Source: an uncultured delta proteobacterium
Lineage (GTDB): Bacteria; Myxococcota; Myxococcia; Myxococcales; Myxococcaceae
Length of the DNA: 64,000 nt
Reading direction: 5' to 3'
Assembly: GCA_963796055.1 (NCBI GenBank)
Contig: CAWCKH010000003.1
Location: forward strand, 640,001 to 704,000
The position numbers and the translations under genes are program-made. This document shows, in pieces, positions 7,166-18,410 of the stretch (positions within the stretch are counted from its first letter, which is position 1; each line of letters begins with the position of its first letter). Under the pieces are notes generated by a model. The model was not told the DNA's origin. It saw only the letters and a list, made by a program, of their open reading frames with translations, and made no database searches.

Positions 7166-8945
7166 CTAGAACGTGAAGGGGAAGTCCACCGGCTCGCCCG
7201 GCTGGTACTTGTGCTTGGGGAAGTTCCAGGACTTCACCAAACCGGTGAGACAGGTGGCCATGTAGGAGGACCGGAACTGGTCGGTGACCGCGTTGACCGA
7301 GGTGGTCTTGCCAGAAGTCTGGATGACCCAGTGCATCACCAGCGTGCCGTGCAGGTTCGGGTCTCGCGCCTTCTGCTCGTTCACGCAGCGCACGATGGAT
7401 GGCTTGTTCGCCAGCACCACCGACATGATGTCGCCCTTGGGCAGCCGGTCGGGGACCTCGGTGCTGCTCGAGGCGCCAGGCGCGGGGGGAACGTAGGCGG
7501 TCTTCCTGCCGTTGCTGTGGCTCTCGGTCGGGCTTCGAGCCGCCGCCCGTGCCGAACACCTCGTCGAACAGGTCGTCGGCCTTGCTCTTGCCGTTGCCCG
7601 AGCTCTTCGGAGGCGGGTCGGCCGAGGCGACCTGCTCCTCACCGCCGCCGGACCCCTTGCTTCCGCCCGTGTGGCGGGTGCCCCGGGTTCCTCGCCGGGT
7701 CCCGCTGCCCTCGCTCGGCGGGACGGCCGGTGTGACCTTCGCCACTGGCGGCGTCACCGACGGCGTGACGGTCGGCGTGGTGGTCGCTCCCGCGGGCGCC
7801 TGTGCCTGGGCTGCCTTCGGCGCTTCTGGCGGCGGTGTCACCTTGGCCGGCTCGGGCGGCGCTGGCGGGACCTGACGGACGGCAAGCTCCGCGGCCTTCT
7901 GACGCTGCAGGAGGTACCAGCCGCCTCCACCCACCGCGGCCAGCACCACCGCCACCGCCACCCCGATTCCGATCAGGAGGCTCTTGTTGCCCTGGGACTT
8001 CATCGGCCGCGTGGCGTACGGGTACGCGGGGGTGAAGGTCGGCGGCCGCTCGACGGCGGTGACCGGCGTGGGCGCCTCGGTACGCGCCGGGCGACCGTTC
8101 ACGCTGGCCGCGGGCACCTCGCCGGTCGGCGGCGGCAGCTCGAGCAGCCCGCGCGGCGCGGCCATCGGCTCGGGAGCCGGCGGCGGGGCGTCGGACTTGC
8201 TCAGCGCCTCGATCTCGTCCTTCACCAGGCTGGCCAGGGCGGCCGACGCCGACGGCTTCCACCCACCGGCGTCCGGGACCGGGGTGGGCACCTCGGCCCG
8301 CACCGTGCGCATCACCCCGCCGGCGCTGAACGCCGACTCGACCGGGACCGGAACGACCGGCATCGGCCCGGACGGCGAGGAGGCCGGCGAGAACACCGGG
8401 CGCTGTGGATGGGGGGCGAGCCACGCTGCCAGCTCGGAGACCTCGGAGAGCGCCACCCAGTCCTCGAAGCCCTGGCGCCAGGTGAGGCTGTCGGGGCCGA
8501 TCTCCCCGCGCTCCCAGTGATCCTTGATCGCCTCGGGGGTCAGCGGCCCGGTCTGCTTCTCGTCGATGGCGACGTACCAGTCGTGCGCGCGGGGCGGACC
8601 GTCGCTGACCGGCGGCAGGTTCGCCTCCACCGGCGGTGGCTCCTCTTCCTGGGCCGCAGGCGGCTCGTCCTTGCGCTCCCCGAGCGCGCTCTCGAACGCG
8701 GCGCCAATCTCCTCGTCGTCCACGTCGCTGAAGATCGAGTTCTCGCCGGTGGGCGCCTCGGGTCCAGGGGGCGGGGGCCCGGACTCCTCGAGACCCCGGA
8801 GCGCGGCGTCGGTCTCGGCGTCCTGGGGGCGGCGGACCACGATGACGTTGCTGCACTTCTTGCAACGGACCTTCACCCCGTTCACCCCGACCTTGTCGTC
8901 GGAGATCATGTACTGGGCGCGGCAGCTGTCGCAGACGAAGCGCAT
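7166..8945 (-). CDS. gltJ: Adventurous gliding protein GltJ/AgmX (zinc ribbon, GYF_2, TM, TonB-C-like domain); frameshifted near 7530
   Basis: MRFVCDSCRAQY...VRCKKC zinc ribbon, WYVAIDEKQTGP GYF_2 domain, TM. The C-terminal IVRCVNEQKARDP...VDFPFTF is in another frame. Removing one G from ggg 7530-7532 restores a ~592-aa ORF. Confidence 0.85.
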
Positions 8946-9029
8946 GGAACTCCGGGGGGTTGCCCAGCCAACGAGCGTAGAGGTCGCCCCCCGGCCGGGT
9001 CAAGGAACGCCCGAGGAGACGGAGCAGAT

Positions 9030-12000
9030 CTACTTCCGCGTGGGCACCTCGACGTTGGTCCCCACCGCCAGTCGCAGCGCGGCGAGGTCCTCCGACACCG
9101 CGAAGGTCATCAGCTCGCGGATCTTCACCTTGCCCGCGACGCGGTAGCTCGAGCCGGTTTCACCCTGGACGAGCTTCTTCACCGCCTCGAGGTCTCCCGC
9201 GGTGAATAGCGCACAGCGGACCCCGGTCAGCTCTGCCCCCTCCAGGTATTCCCGGACCGGGTCCGATTCATTCCGCCGGAGCACCTCCGGGACCAGCCGG
9301 GCCAGCGCCGCGCGGAAGGGCTCGGTCATCACCGACTCGAGCGCATTCCGCTCGGCCTCGATGGCCGGAGCCGGAGCGGTCCAGCGCATCTGGAACCCGG
9401 CGAGCAGCACCGCGCCCTGGAACACCGCCGCCAGCCGCTCGGGGGCGAAGCGCGAGGCGAAGATGAGCTCGGGCCGGAGCAGCGCCAGCATGCGCCCGAG
9501 CTGGGCGTGGGTGTCCTTCGCCTGGGGATCGCCGAAGAACTTTCCGCCGACCTTCAGGCACACCGGCTGGGAGTGGATGATCTCCACCCCGAGGAGCGGG
9601 TCGGGGGCGGGCTCCATCGAGCGCTTGGCGAGCTTGTCGCGGGTGGCCACCAGGAACGGCGAGAAGAGCTCCACCGCCTCCAGCCCCAGCAGCCGCGCCA
9701 CCGCGCGGTAGTGGTGGATCTGGTACTCCTGGGCGGTCGCCACGTCGATCCGGTGCTTCTTGGGGATCAGCTGCGCCTGGGCGAGGGGGACCGCGGAGAG
9801 CTGACCCGCGCCCTGGAAGAGCAGGCCCATCAGCTCGGCGAACGGGGTCCGCGCCTTCGGGTGGAGCAGGTGCTGGGCCCAGAGCCGATCGTTGAGCGTG
9901 GCCCGCGGGGTCTCGCGCTTCTTCGCGTACGGCCCGAGCTTGCCGATGATCTCCTTCTCCGCCGGACCGGGGTCCCCGAGCAACCCCGCGACCACCTGGG
10001 CAGCGAGCCACGCACCGTCGTAGTCCTTCCGGCGCGCGGCGAGCTCGGCGAGCTGGCTCGCGATCTTCTTCGGATTCTGGGTGTGGGCCAGCGCCCGCCG
10101 CAGCGCCTGCACCGCGGGCTCCTCGTTCCCGGACGACTGGAGGAGGAGGTCGGCGTAGGTCTCCTGGACAGTGGCGTCGTCGGGGAGTCCCGCCGCGGCC
10201 ACCTTGTATGCCATCAGCGCGCTCTCCGGCTGCTTCAAGACTTGAAGGTAGAGGTCTCCCAGGGTCCGCCACAGCGCCATCCGCGCCGACTCGGTCTCGT
10301 CGGTCTTCGGCAGCCGCTGGATCATCCGGGCGTAGTTCTCCTCCAGCTGCTTCCACTCCTTCGCCGCCCCGAGCATCGCCTCGATGCTGCTGAAGGCCTC
10401 GATGAACAGCGGATCCAGGTCGAGGGCCGCGTTGAAGGCCTCCACCGCCCGGCCCGTGTCACGCAGCTCGTCGCGGAGGCTCTCGCCCAGCGCGAACCAC
10501 ACCCGCTTGGCGCGCTGCGCGTCGGCCTGCAGCTCGGGTTGCCCGAGCATGACTTCCAGTATTTCGGCGGCCTTCCCCGGCTGGCGGGTTTCCCGGAAGA
10601 GCACGTAGAGCGCGTCCATCACCTCCAGCGACTGCGGGCGGATCCGAAGGGCCTGGCCGTAGGCGTCGATGGCGGTGTGCAGGTCCTTGAGCCGGTCGCG
10701 GGCGATCTGCCCCAGCTCCAGCGCGGCCTCGGCCTTCGGGTCGCCGTCGAGGATGTTGACCAGCGCCTGCCGGTACTCGGCCGAGCGGTCCCAGCGCCCT
10801 GCCCCGTCCGCGAGCTGGATCAGCGAGCGGAGGCTCGGCTCGTGGCCGGGATCGATGGCCAGCGCCTTCTCGAAGTGGTTCTGCGCCCGGTCGTACTGCT
10901 TGAGCGCGATGTGCACCTCGCCGATCTGCCAGTACAGCTCGACGATCTCCAGATCGGTCAGGTCCTCGCGGTGGTGGATGAGGATGGTCTGGAAGACTTT
11001 CAGCGCCAGGTCGTGCCGGCCGGACTGGACCAGGAGGTTCCCGTAGCCCTCGAGCGCGGGGAGGTAGGTGGCGTCGAGCTGGTAGGCCTCCTCGTACGCG
11101 GCCAGCGCCCGGTCTCGGCGTCCCAGCTTCTCCTGCACGTACCCCATCCGGTAGACCTGCCGGCACAGGTCCCTCTCCAGGGCCTCGTCCTGCTCGCTGG
11201 CGAGCCGGCCCTTGAGGTTGCGGATGACCACGTCGAGCATCTTCTCCGCCGGCTCCCAGCGCTCGCGGGCGAGGTAGAGGTCGGACAGCGGCAGCGCGGC
11301 CTCGGCCTGCTCGGGGTCGAGCTTGATCGCCTCCTCGTACCACTGCATCGCCGAGTCGGCGTCCTCGCGGCGCTCGCTGTGGTAGCGCCCCACGGCGAGG
11401 TAGGCCAGGGACTTGGCCGAGGCCTCGCTGGTGGCCTGGGCCTCGGCGACCAGGATCTGCTCGTAGCTTTCCCAGTCCTGCTCGTTCTCGGCGATGCCGC
11501 GGAGCGCTTGCAGCGAGGGCAGGTACTCGGGATCGATGCGCAGGGCCTCGGAGTAGCAGGCCTTGGCCGAGGACACGTCCTGCAGCATGTCCTCGTTGAT
11601 CTTCCCCATCCGGTGCAGCACCTCGACCGCGCGGGGGTCGCGCCCCAGCGCCTCGGCTTCCTGGTGCAGCATCTCCAGGGCGAAGGGCCAGTTGCCGCTC
11701 CGCTCGTAGACCATGCCCAGGGCGTGGAGCGCCGGGGTGTGGCCGGGGTGGACGCCCAGCGCGGCCTGGAACGCGTCCGCGGCCTTGTCGGTCTGGTGCA
11801 GGTGGGAGCGAAGCACCTCTCCGGCCTCCACCATGATGTCGGCCTGCTCCTGGGAGTCGATGGCGAGCTGGATGTGCCGCTCCAGCACTCCCACCAGGTC
11901 CTCCCAGCGGCCCTGCGCCCGCCGCAGCCGCTCCAGCGCCTTGATCGCCTGGAGATTGGTGGGATCGAGCGCGAGCACACCCTCGATGCAGGCGTCGGCG

Positions 12001-15000
12001 TTGGCCGCGTTCTGGTAGCGGTCCTCCCAGATGGCCGCGGAGTGGAAGAGGATCTTCACCTTCTCCCGGTAGTCCTCGGTCAGCTCCAGCTGCCGCTCGT
12101 AGATGGTCAGCATGTCCGCCGGCCGGTCCAGCCGGGTGTAGAGGCGCTCCAGCGCCGAGAGAGCCTCTGCGTTCCTCGGGTCGAGCCCCAGGGCCTCGCG
12201 GTACGCCTCGACCGCGGCCTCCTCGTCTCCGATCTCCCGTTCCTGGACGCCGGCCATTTCCACCTGCATCCGCGCCCGCTCCTCGGAGCTGGGCAGCAGA
12301 TCCCGGGTCCGGGCGAGCGTGGCGGCGAGGTCGCCCCACATGTGCTGGTCGCGGTAGAGCCTGGCCAGCTCGCCGAGCGTCTCCACGTCGGGCTCGAGCT
12401 CCAGCGCGCGGATGAGGGCGTTGGCCGCCTCTTCCGGATCCTTCAGCCGCTCGAGCTGGATGCGGGAGATCTCCCGGAAGAGGGTCTTCCGGGCCTCGAG
12501 CGACGGGGCGGCCTCAATCTTCTGCTCCAGCGAGACGATGAGCTCGCGGTCCCGTCCGCGGCGCCCGAACATCTGGGCCATCGCGTCGAGCGCGGAGGAG
12601 TTGGTGGGATCGAACTCGAGGATCTTCCGGAGCGCGGCCTCGGCCTCGCCGGGGTCGTCCAGGTTCCGGTCCTGCACCCGGGCCAGGACCAGGTAGAGCC
12701 GCTCCGCGAGCGGGCCACGGGGAAGATCGTCCGCCACCTGCTCGTAGACCGCGGCCAGCTCCTCGTACGAGCCGGTCTCCTGCGCCAGCCGCTCCACGTC
12801 CTCACGGAGCGAGTCGTCCGAGGCGGCGAGCTGCAGCGCCCGACAGAGGGCGAGGAAGGCGCCGTCCTTCTGCCCCAGCTTGTGCTCCCGGATACGGCCC
12901 AGCTCGCGCAGCGCCTTGATCTTGTCCTCGTCGGTGACGAGGTTCGGCAGGTAGCGGTCCACCGCCTGGGCGTAGGCGCGCCAGTCGCCGGCGTCGGAGT
13001 AGAGCGACAGCACCCGCTCGTGGGCACCCCGGTTCGCCGGGTCGAACTCCAGCACCCGCTCCAGGATGGGCGCCGCCAGCTCGGCCTTGCCGGCCTGGCC
13101 AATCCACAGCTCGGCGATCTCGAACAGCGCGGCGATGACCCCCTCCTTCTCCTCCAGCCGTTGCCAGACCTCGGCCTTCAGCTCCAGGGTGCGGACCGCG
13201 TCGCCGAAGGCGCGGAGCCCGAGGAAGAGCTTCCCCACCGCCTCGAGGTCCTGGACGATGTGCGGCTCGATCTCCAGCGAGCGCCGGGCAGCATCCAGCG
13301 CTTCCTCGCGCCGGCCCATCTCGCCCAGCACCTCTGCCAGCCGGATGCGGAGCCCCTTGACCCCCTCGGGGCTCTCTTGCAGCGGGATGAGCCGCCGCAG
13401 CACCGCGACCAGCTCCTCGCGCCGCCCGAGCTGCTCGTCGATGTCGCGCAGCGTCTCCAGCGCGTTCCGGTTGCGCGCATCCCGCTCCAGCGCCGTGCGC
13501 AGCGGGGCGATGGCCTCCTCGGCCCGTCCGAGCTGCCGGTAGAGCACCACGCCCAGCTTCTCGTTCAGGCGCACCAGCTCCCGGGGCTCGGCGACCTGGG
13601 GAATCTTCCCCGCCATCAGCGCCCTGAGATCTTCCCACCGGCCAGCCTTCTCCAGCGCCTGCTCCAGCGCGCCGAACGCCTGGTCCGACCTGGGGTTCTT
13701 CTTGAACAGCTCGCTGTACAGCTCGATGGAGGCCTCGAGGTCGGCCAGCCCCTCCGCGGAGACCTTCACCATCTTGGCCAGGATGCGCTCGCGTTCCGGG
13801 CCGGAGGTCAGGTCACGCTGGATGCGCAGAACGTTGAACAGCCGGTCCGGTGTCCCGCTGCGCTCGTAGATGGACTCCAGCAGCCGGGCGGCGGGGAGGT
13901 GCGTCCGGTCGATGGCCAGTAGCCGCTCGAAGGCGTCGGCGGCGCGGGGCTCGTCCTCCAGCTCGTCCTGGGCCACCTGGCCGAGGCGGAAGAGGATCTG
14001 CACCCGCTCGTTGCCGTCGGGGGTGAGCGTCTCCAGCTCGTCCAGGCTCTGGACCAGCCGGTCGCTCCGGCCCGCCTGACCATAGAGCCGGGCCAGCGCG
14101 GTGAGCGCGGGGAGGGCGGTGGCGGCGTCGAGCTCCCTGGCACGCTCCAGGACCTCGATCGCCCGGGCCGGGTTGGAGAGGTGCTGCTCGTAGAGGCCGC
14201 CCAGCTCCAGCAGCACCGCCGCGGCGTCCTTGGTCTCGGCGATGCGGGGAAGCTCCTCCTCGTAGAGCTGGGCCAGCGCCTCGTGGGTCCTCCCCGCATC
14301 GGCGGCCTTGCCCACCCGGCTCCGGAGAGTGGGGTCGTTGGGATCCTCCTGGAAGGCGCGGGAGAGCGCACCGAAGAGCCCGGCCGGGTCGTGGGCCGCC
14401 TCGCTCAGGCCCGCCAGCTCCACCAGGAGCTGCTTGCGCTCGAACGGGTCGGCCGAGGCGCCGACGCGAAGCTCGAGGAGCTGCGCCAGCTTCCCCTGCT
14501 CTGCCGTGGTCCGGTAGGCGCCGAGCAGCACGTCGACCAGCGGCTTGTTCTGGGGCTCGCGCTGCGCCCAGGCCTCGAGCTGCGCCAGCGCGCCGGCGTG
14601 CTTCGGCTGGGCGGCGAGGACCTGCCCGTACAGCTCGAGGGCGCCGTACTTATCGAGGAGCCGCGTCTCGCGGACGATGGCCAGACGGGTCCGGAGGTCG
14701 AGGTCGAGGTCCCCGCCGGGCAGCGCGAGCCGCCGGCCGATGACGTCCGCCAGCTCGGGCCAGCGCTCCTGCTTCTCGCAGAGCGCGTCGAGCTTCTCCA
14801 GCGCCTGGGCGTCGTCGGGCTTCAGCTCCAGCAGCCGCCGGAGCGTGGCCATGGCACCGACCGTGTCGTGGAGGGCGCCGTCTTGCAGCCCGGCGATCTG
14901 GAAGAGCAGCGCGGCGCGGACCGCCGGCTCCTCGGTGATCGACAGCTGGCGCCGGTAGATCTCCAGCAGCTCGGGGGCGCGGCCGGCGGACTGGTAGAGC

Positions 15001-18000
15001 CGCACCAGGCTCTCCATCGCCTCGACCTCGGAGGGCACCACCTCCAGCACCCGGCGCCAGGCGTCGATCGCCTCGGCGCGATGCCCCAGCTTCTCCTGGG
15101 CCCTGCCCAGCGCGCGGAGGATGGCCACCTGCGCGGTGTCCTCCGAGGCGCGGGGGAGGATCTCCTCCAGGAGCGAGGCCAGCTCCTCGCCGCCGTGGGT
15201 GGCCCGCTCGGAGAGGGTGACCGTCAGGGTCAGCGAGGCCTCCTCGTCGGGCAGCTCGCGCAGCGCCCGGCTGGCCGAGACGAAGGCCAGGTCGGCGTTC
15301 TGCATCGGTCCGGCGTAGAGCTTGGCGACCTTGCGCAGCAGCGCGGCGCGCTCCTCGGCCACCGGCTCGGTCGAGGCACGGGACTCGAGCATCTGCACCA
15401 GCCGCAGGTGGTCGCCGCCGGAGGTGAAGATGGGCTCCAGGGCTTCGGCGGCCTCGCCGCGGAGCGGGCTGTCCGAGCGGGCCATCTCCTCCAGCGCCCC
15501 GATGGCCCCGGCGTGACCCTGCTTCCTCCGGAGCACGTCCTCGAAGATGTCCAGGCCGCCCCGCGGGTCCCGGAGCCGCGCCAGGCGTAGCCGTCCGAGG
15601 CGGACCATGAGGTCGTACATCTCCTCGTGGCGACCACTGGAGTCGGCGAGCTGGATCTCCCGCACGATGAGCGAGGCCAGCTCGGGCCAGCGCTCGCTCT
15701 CGGTGAGCACCTTGCCCAGGAACTTGATCGCGTCCTCGTCGTCCGACTTGCGGGCGAGGACCTCTCCGTAGCACTGGGCCGCCAGCTGCTTGTCGGACAA
15801 GGTCTCCTCGGCCAGCGTGCCCAGCCGGAAGAGCAGATCGATCTGCTTCGGCGGCGACGGTTCGGCCATCACCATCCGCTTCATCACCGAGGCCAGCTCG
15901 CGCGCTTCGCCGGACCGAGTGTGGATTCGGGCCAGCGCCTCGAGCACCGACATGTTCCTCGGCTCGCGCCGGGCCAGCTCCTCGTAGGCGCGGATGGCCA
16001 GATCCACCCGGTCGAGCCGCTCGGACCAGAGCACCGCCAGCCGCCGCCAGAGCTCGGTGGAGGTGGCGTTGGTGACGCCGCGCTCCAGCTGGTCCTGGTA
16101 AGCCGCGGCCAGCTCCTCGAAGGAGCCGGTCTCGGCGGCGAGCCGCTCCAGCTGCTCGCGGGCCTCCGGGCTCTCGGGCATCTCGCCGAAGGCGCGCACC
16201 CGGGCGGCGAAGGCCAGGTCCTTCTGTCCCAGCGTCTCGCGGAGATTGGAGATCTCCTCCAGCAGCGGGAGCCGGTCCTGGGGCGAGGCCCCGGCGAGGC
16301 GGATCTCCAGGACCTCCACCAGGTGGCGGACGTCGTTCAGGCTCCGGTAGACGGGCTCCAGCAGGCGGGCGGCGTCGGGACGGACCTCGGGGAGCTCCAT
16401 CAGACGCTCCAGCCCGGCGACGGCGCTGGAGTCGGTGGAGGCGACCGCGAGGAGCCGGGCATAGCCCTCGACCGCGGCGGGGAGGGCCTTCTCCCGCTCC
16501 AGGAGCTGGGCGCGCGACAACAGATAAGCCTTCTGCGCCTCGCCGGTGGTCCAGGCGGCGAGCTGGGCCAGGACATCCGCCTGCTCCTCGAAGCGCTTGC
16601 CGCGGGCGTAGAGGCGATCCAGTGCCTCCAGCCCGTCGGCTCCCCGGCGCAGCGCCAGGGCCTCCTTGTAGGCGTCGATGGCCCGGGCGTCGTCGGAAGC
16701 AGCCTCCAGCGCCTCACCGGCCTTGAGCAGCAGCGCCCTTCGCTCGTGGGGGTCGGAGGCGAGCTGGGCCTTGCGCAGGGTGACGTCCGAGAGCTGCTTG
16801 GCATTCTTGGTCTGCTCGAAGAGCTTCCCCAGCGCGTCGAGCGCCTGGCGGTCCTGCGGCGCCTCGACCAGCAGCGCCTGCCAGTCCTTGATCGACTCCT
16901 CGCTCTGGGCCAGGTGCTCGCGCAGCTCGGCGGCGCGGCGTAGCCAGGACACCTTGTCCGGGTCCGGCCCGCGGGTCTCGGCGGCCACCTTCTCGTAGAC
17001 GGCAGCCAGCTCCTCGTAGCTGCCGCTCACCCTGGCCAGGCGCTCGAGATCGGCCCTGGCTGCGGCGCGATCCACATTCTGGGCGAACGCCTGGCCCGCG
17101 GAGACGAAGGCCCGCTGCGGCTGGCCCATGTCCCTTTCCTGGATCGAGCGGACCTCCTGGGTCAGGCGGATCTTCTCGTCGCTGAGCGCGTCGCCCATCC
17201 GCGCTTCCCGGATGGCGACGCGGCGCGCGTGCTGCCCCGAGCGGGCGAGAATCGGGTCCAGCGTGTCGAGGGCGCTCCGGCTGTCCGGCTCGTGCGAGCG
17301 GGCCCACGCCTCGAGGAGGTCGAGGGTGGGGGTGTGCCCCGGGTCCTCGGAGAGCACCTGCCCCAGGAGCTGCAGCGCGCCGCCGAAGTCCTGGAGCTTC
17401 TCCCGCCGGAGCTGGGCGAGGCGGAAGGTGGCCTCACGCCCCTGCGGGCTCTGCCCCTCCTGAGCACGACGGAGCTCGAGCGCGAAGGCCAGGTTCTCGA
17501 ACTTCCCGAGCGCGGTGTACAGCCGGTCGAGCGCAGAGACGGCCTCGCGGTTCAGCGGGTCGGCCTCGGAGACCCGGCGCCAGGCAGCGGCGGCACCTTC
17601 GCGGTCCTCCAGCTTCCCTTCCCGCAGCAGCGCCATCTCGCGCCAGAGCGCTAGCCGCTCGGCAGGGTCCGGCACCACCGTGGCCAGGGTGTCCAGCACC
17701 GAGACCAGCCGACGCCAGTCGTCGGTGGCGCGGAGCAGCCGTTGCAGTGCCCGGAGCGCATCGACGTTGCCGGCCTCGATCACCAGCACCGACTCGAGCT
17801 GGGCGATGGCCCCCCGGCGATCGTCGAGCTTCTTCTCCTGCACGTCGGCCAGCTCGCGGTGGAGCGCAACCCGCGCCGGCGAGTCGAGGTCCACGCGGCC
17901 CACCAGCTCCTTGAGCACGTTGGCGAAGCCGTCCATCGCGTCGGCGTCCTCGGCGGCCCGGCGCGCAGCGGTGCGGAGGTTGGGGTCGGCAGGGGACAGG

Positions 18001-18314
18001 CGCAGGGCGCGGGAGAGCGCAGCGAAGGCCAGCTCGGGCTGACGCAGGTGGTGGAGGTGGACGTGCGCGGCCTGCTGCAGCGCGAGCACCCGCTCCAGCT
18101 GGTCCTGGGTCATCTCGGCGACGAGGTCGAGCGCGGCGACGAGCTTGCGGTGCTCCTTCACCGCCTCGTAGGCGGGGATGAGGGCACGCGCGGCCTCGGC
18201 GCGCACCGAGTCGTCCTTCAGCAGCGCTTCCAGCGCCGCGAGCGCCTCGGCGTCATTCGGCTTCTTGTGCAGGACGGCGGAGTACGCCTTGACGGAATCG
18301 GCACCGGTCCCCAA
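9030..18314 (-). CDS. gltI: Giant TPR-repeat gliding protein GltI/AgmK
   Basis: 3094-aa TPR-rich ORF directly upstream of gltJ, C-terminus LRLAVGTNVEVP. TTG start with GGAGG 9 nt upstream. Confidence 0.85.
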   Translation of the reverse strand: MGTGADSVKAYSAVLHKKPNDAEALAALEALLKDDSVRAEAARALIPAYEAVKEHRKLVAALDLVAEMTQDQLERVLALQQAAHVHLHHLRQPELAFAALSRALRLSPADPNLRTAARRAAEDADAMDGFANVLKELVGRVDLDSPARVALHRELADVQEKKLDDRRGAIAQLESVLVIEAGNVDALRALQRLLRATDDWRRLVSVLDTLATVVPDPAERLALWREMALLREGKLEDREGAAAAWRRVSEADPLNREAVSALDRLYTALGKFENLAFALELRRAQEGQSPQGREATFRLAQLRREKLQDFGGALQLLGQVLSEDPGHTPTLDLLEAWARSHEPDSRSALDTLDPILARSGQHARRVAIREARMGDALSDEKIRLTQEVRSIQERDMGQPQRAFVSAGQAFAQNVDRAAARADLERLARVSGSYEELAAVYEKVAAETRGPDPDKVSWLRRAAELREHLAQSEESIKDWQALLVEAPQDRQALDALGKLFEQTKNAKQLSDVTLRKAQLASDPHERRALLLKAGEALEAASDDARAIDAYKEALALRRGADGLEALDRLYARGKRFEEQADVLAQLAAWTTGEAQKAYLLSRAQLLEREKALPAAVEGYARLLAVASTDSSAVAGLERLMELPEVRPDAARLLEPVYRSLNDVRHLVEVLEIRLAGASPQDRLPLLEEISNLRETLGQKDLAFAARVRAFGEMPESPEAREQLERLAAETGSFEELAAAYQDQLERGVTNATSTELWRRLAVLWSERLDRVDLAIRAYEELARREPRNMSVLEALARIHTRSGEARELASVMKRMVMAEPSPPKQIDLLFRLGTLAEETLSDKQLAAQCYGEVLARKSDDEDAIKFLGKVLTESERWPELASLIVREIQLADSSGRHEEMYDLMVRLGRLRLARLRDPRGGLDIFEDVLRRKQGHAGAIGALEEMARSDSPLRGEAAEALEPIFTSGGDHLRLVQMLESRASTEPVAEERAALLRKVAKLYAGPMQNADLAFVSASRALRELPDEEASLTLTVTLSERATHGGEELASLLEEILPRASEDTAQVAILRALGRAQEKLGHRAEAIDAWRRVLEVVPSEVEAMESLVRLYQSAGRAPELLEIYRRQLSITEEPAVRAALLFQIAGLQDGALHDTVGAMATLRRLLELKPDDAQALEKLDALCEKQERWPELADVIGRRLALPGGDLDLDLRTRLAIVRETRLLDKYGALELYGQVLAAQPKHAGALAQLEAWAQREPQNKPLVDVLLGAYRTTAEQGKLAQLLELRVGASADPFERKQLLVELAGLSEAAHDPAGLFGALSRAFQEDPNDPTLRSRVGKAADAGRTHEALAQLYEEELPRIAETKDAAAVLLELGGLYEQHLSNPARAIEVLERARELDAATALPALTALARLYGQAGRSDRLVQSLDELETLTPDGNERVQILFRLGQVAQDELEDEPRAADAFERLLAIDRTHLPAARLLESIYERSGTPDRLFNVLRIQRDLTSGPERERILAKMVKVSAEGLADLEASIELYSELFKKNPRSDQAFGALEQALEKAGRWEDLRALMAGKIPQVAEPRELVRLNEKLGVVLYRQLGRAEEAIAPLRTALERDARNRNALETLRDIDEQLGRREELVAVLRRLIPLQESPEGVKGLRIRLAEVLGEMGRREEALDAARRSLEIEPHIVQDLEAVGKLFLGLRAFGDAVRTLELKAEVWQRLEEKEGVIAALFEIAELWIGQAGKAELAAPILERVLEFDPANRGAHERVLSLYSDAGDWRAYAQAVDRYLPNLVTDEDKIKALRELGRIREHKLGQKDGAFLALCRALQLAASDDSLREDVERLAQETGSYEELAAVYEQVADDLPRGPLAERLYLVLARVQDRNLDDPGEAEAALRKILEFDPTNSSALDAMAQMFGRRGRDRELIVSLEQKIEAAPSLEARKTLFREISRIQLERLKDPEEAANALIRALELEPDVETLGELARLYRDQHMWGDLAATLARTRDLLPSSEERARMQVEMAGVQEREIGDEEAAVEAYREALGLDPRNAEALSALERLYTRLDRPADMLTIYERQLELTEDYREKVKILFHSAAIWEDRYQNAANADACIEGVLALDPTNLQAIKALERLRRAQGRWEDLVGVLERHIQLAIDSQEQADIMVEAGEVLRSHLHQTDKAADAFQAALGVHPGHTPALHALGMVYERSGNWPFALEMLHQEAEALGRDPRAVEVLHRMGKINEDMLQDVSSAKACYSEALRIDPEYLPSLQALRGIAENEQDWESYEQILVAEAQATSEASAKSLAYLAVGRYHSERREDADSAMQWYEEAIKLDPEQAEAALPLSDLYLARERWEPAEKMLDVVIRNLKGRLASEQDEALERDLCRQVYRMGYVQEKLGRRDRALAAYEEAYQLDATYLPALEGYGNLLVQSGRHDLALKVFQTILIHHREDLTDLEIVELYWQIGEVHIALKQYDRAQNHFEKALAIDPGHEPSLRSLIQLADGAGRWDRSAEYRQALVNILDGDPKAEAALELGQIARDRLKDLHTAIDAYGQALRIRPQSLEVMDALYVLFRETRQPGKAAEILEVMLGQPELQADAQRAKRVWFALGESLRDELRDTGRAVEAFNAALDLDPLFIEAFSSIEAMLGAAKEWKQLEENYARMIQRLPKTDETESARMALWRTLGDLYLQVLKQPESALMAYKVAAAGLPDDATVQETYADLLLQSSGNEEPAVQALRRALAHTQNPKKIASQLAELAARRKDYDGAWLAAQVVAGLLGDPGPAEKEIIGKLGPYAKKRETPRATLNDRLWAQHLLHPKARTPFAELMGLLFQGAGQLSAVPLAQAQLIPKKHRIDVATAQEYQIHHYRAVARLLGLEAVELFSPFLVATRDKLAKRSMEPAPDPLLGVEIIHSQPVCLKVGGKFFGDPQAKDTHAQLGRMLALLRPELIFASRFAPERLAAVFQGAVLLAGFQMRWTAPAPAIEAERNALESVMTEPFRAALARLVPEVLRRNESDPVREYLEGAELTGVRCALFTAGDLEAVKKLVQGETGSSYRVAGKVKIRELMTFAVSEDLAALRLAVGTNVEVPTRK

Positions 18315-18401
18315 AACGCGCGGCCTCCCAGCCAGGTCTTTCTCGGACGGTTACCGGAGGGATGCCACAGGACCCCGCGCCCGCTCCGGCCCAGCCGCGG
18401 A

Positions 18402-18410
18402 AGCGTACCA
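18402..18410 (-). promoter_or_regulatory. Putative extended -10 element (TGGTACGCT) upstream of gltI
   Basis: Minus strand reads gattttGGTACGCTtcc about 90 bp upstream of the TTG. The same GGTACGCT occurs at 62651-62658. Confidence 0.35.

Noticed and set aside
7520..7540. Programmed ribosomal frameshifting in gltJ/gltG
   Set aside because: No shared slippery sequence or stimulator at the two sites. A single-base homopolymer error is more parsimonious.
9507..13922. 1471-aa + strand ORF
   Set aside because: Antisense shadow of gltI. Stop codons are scarce in high-GC DNA and the ORF has no recognisable motifs.
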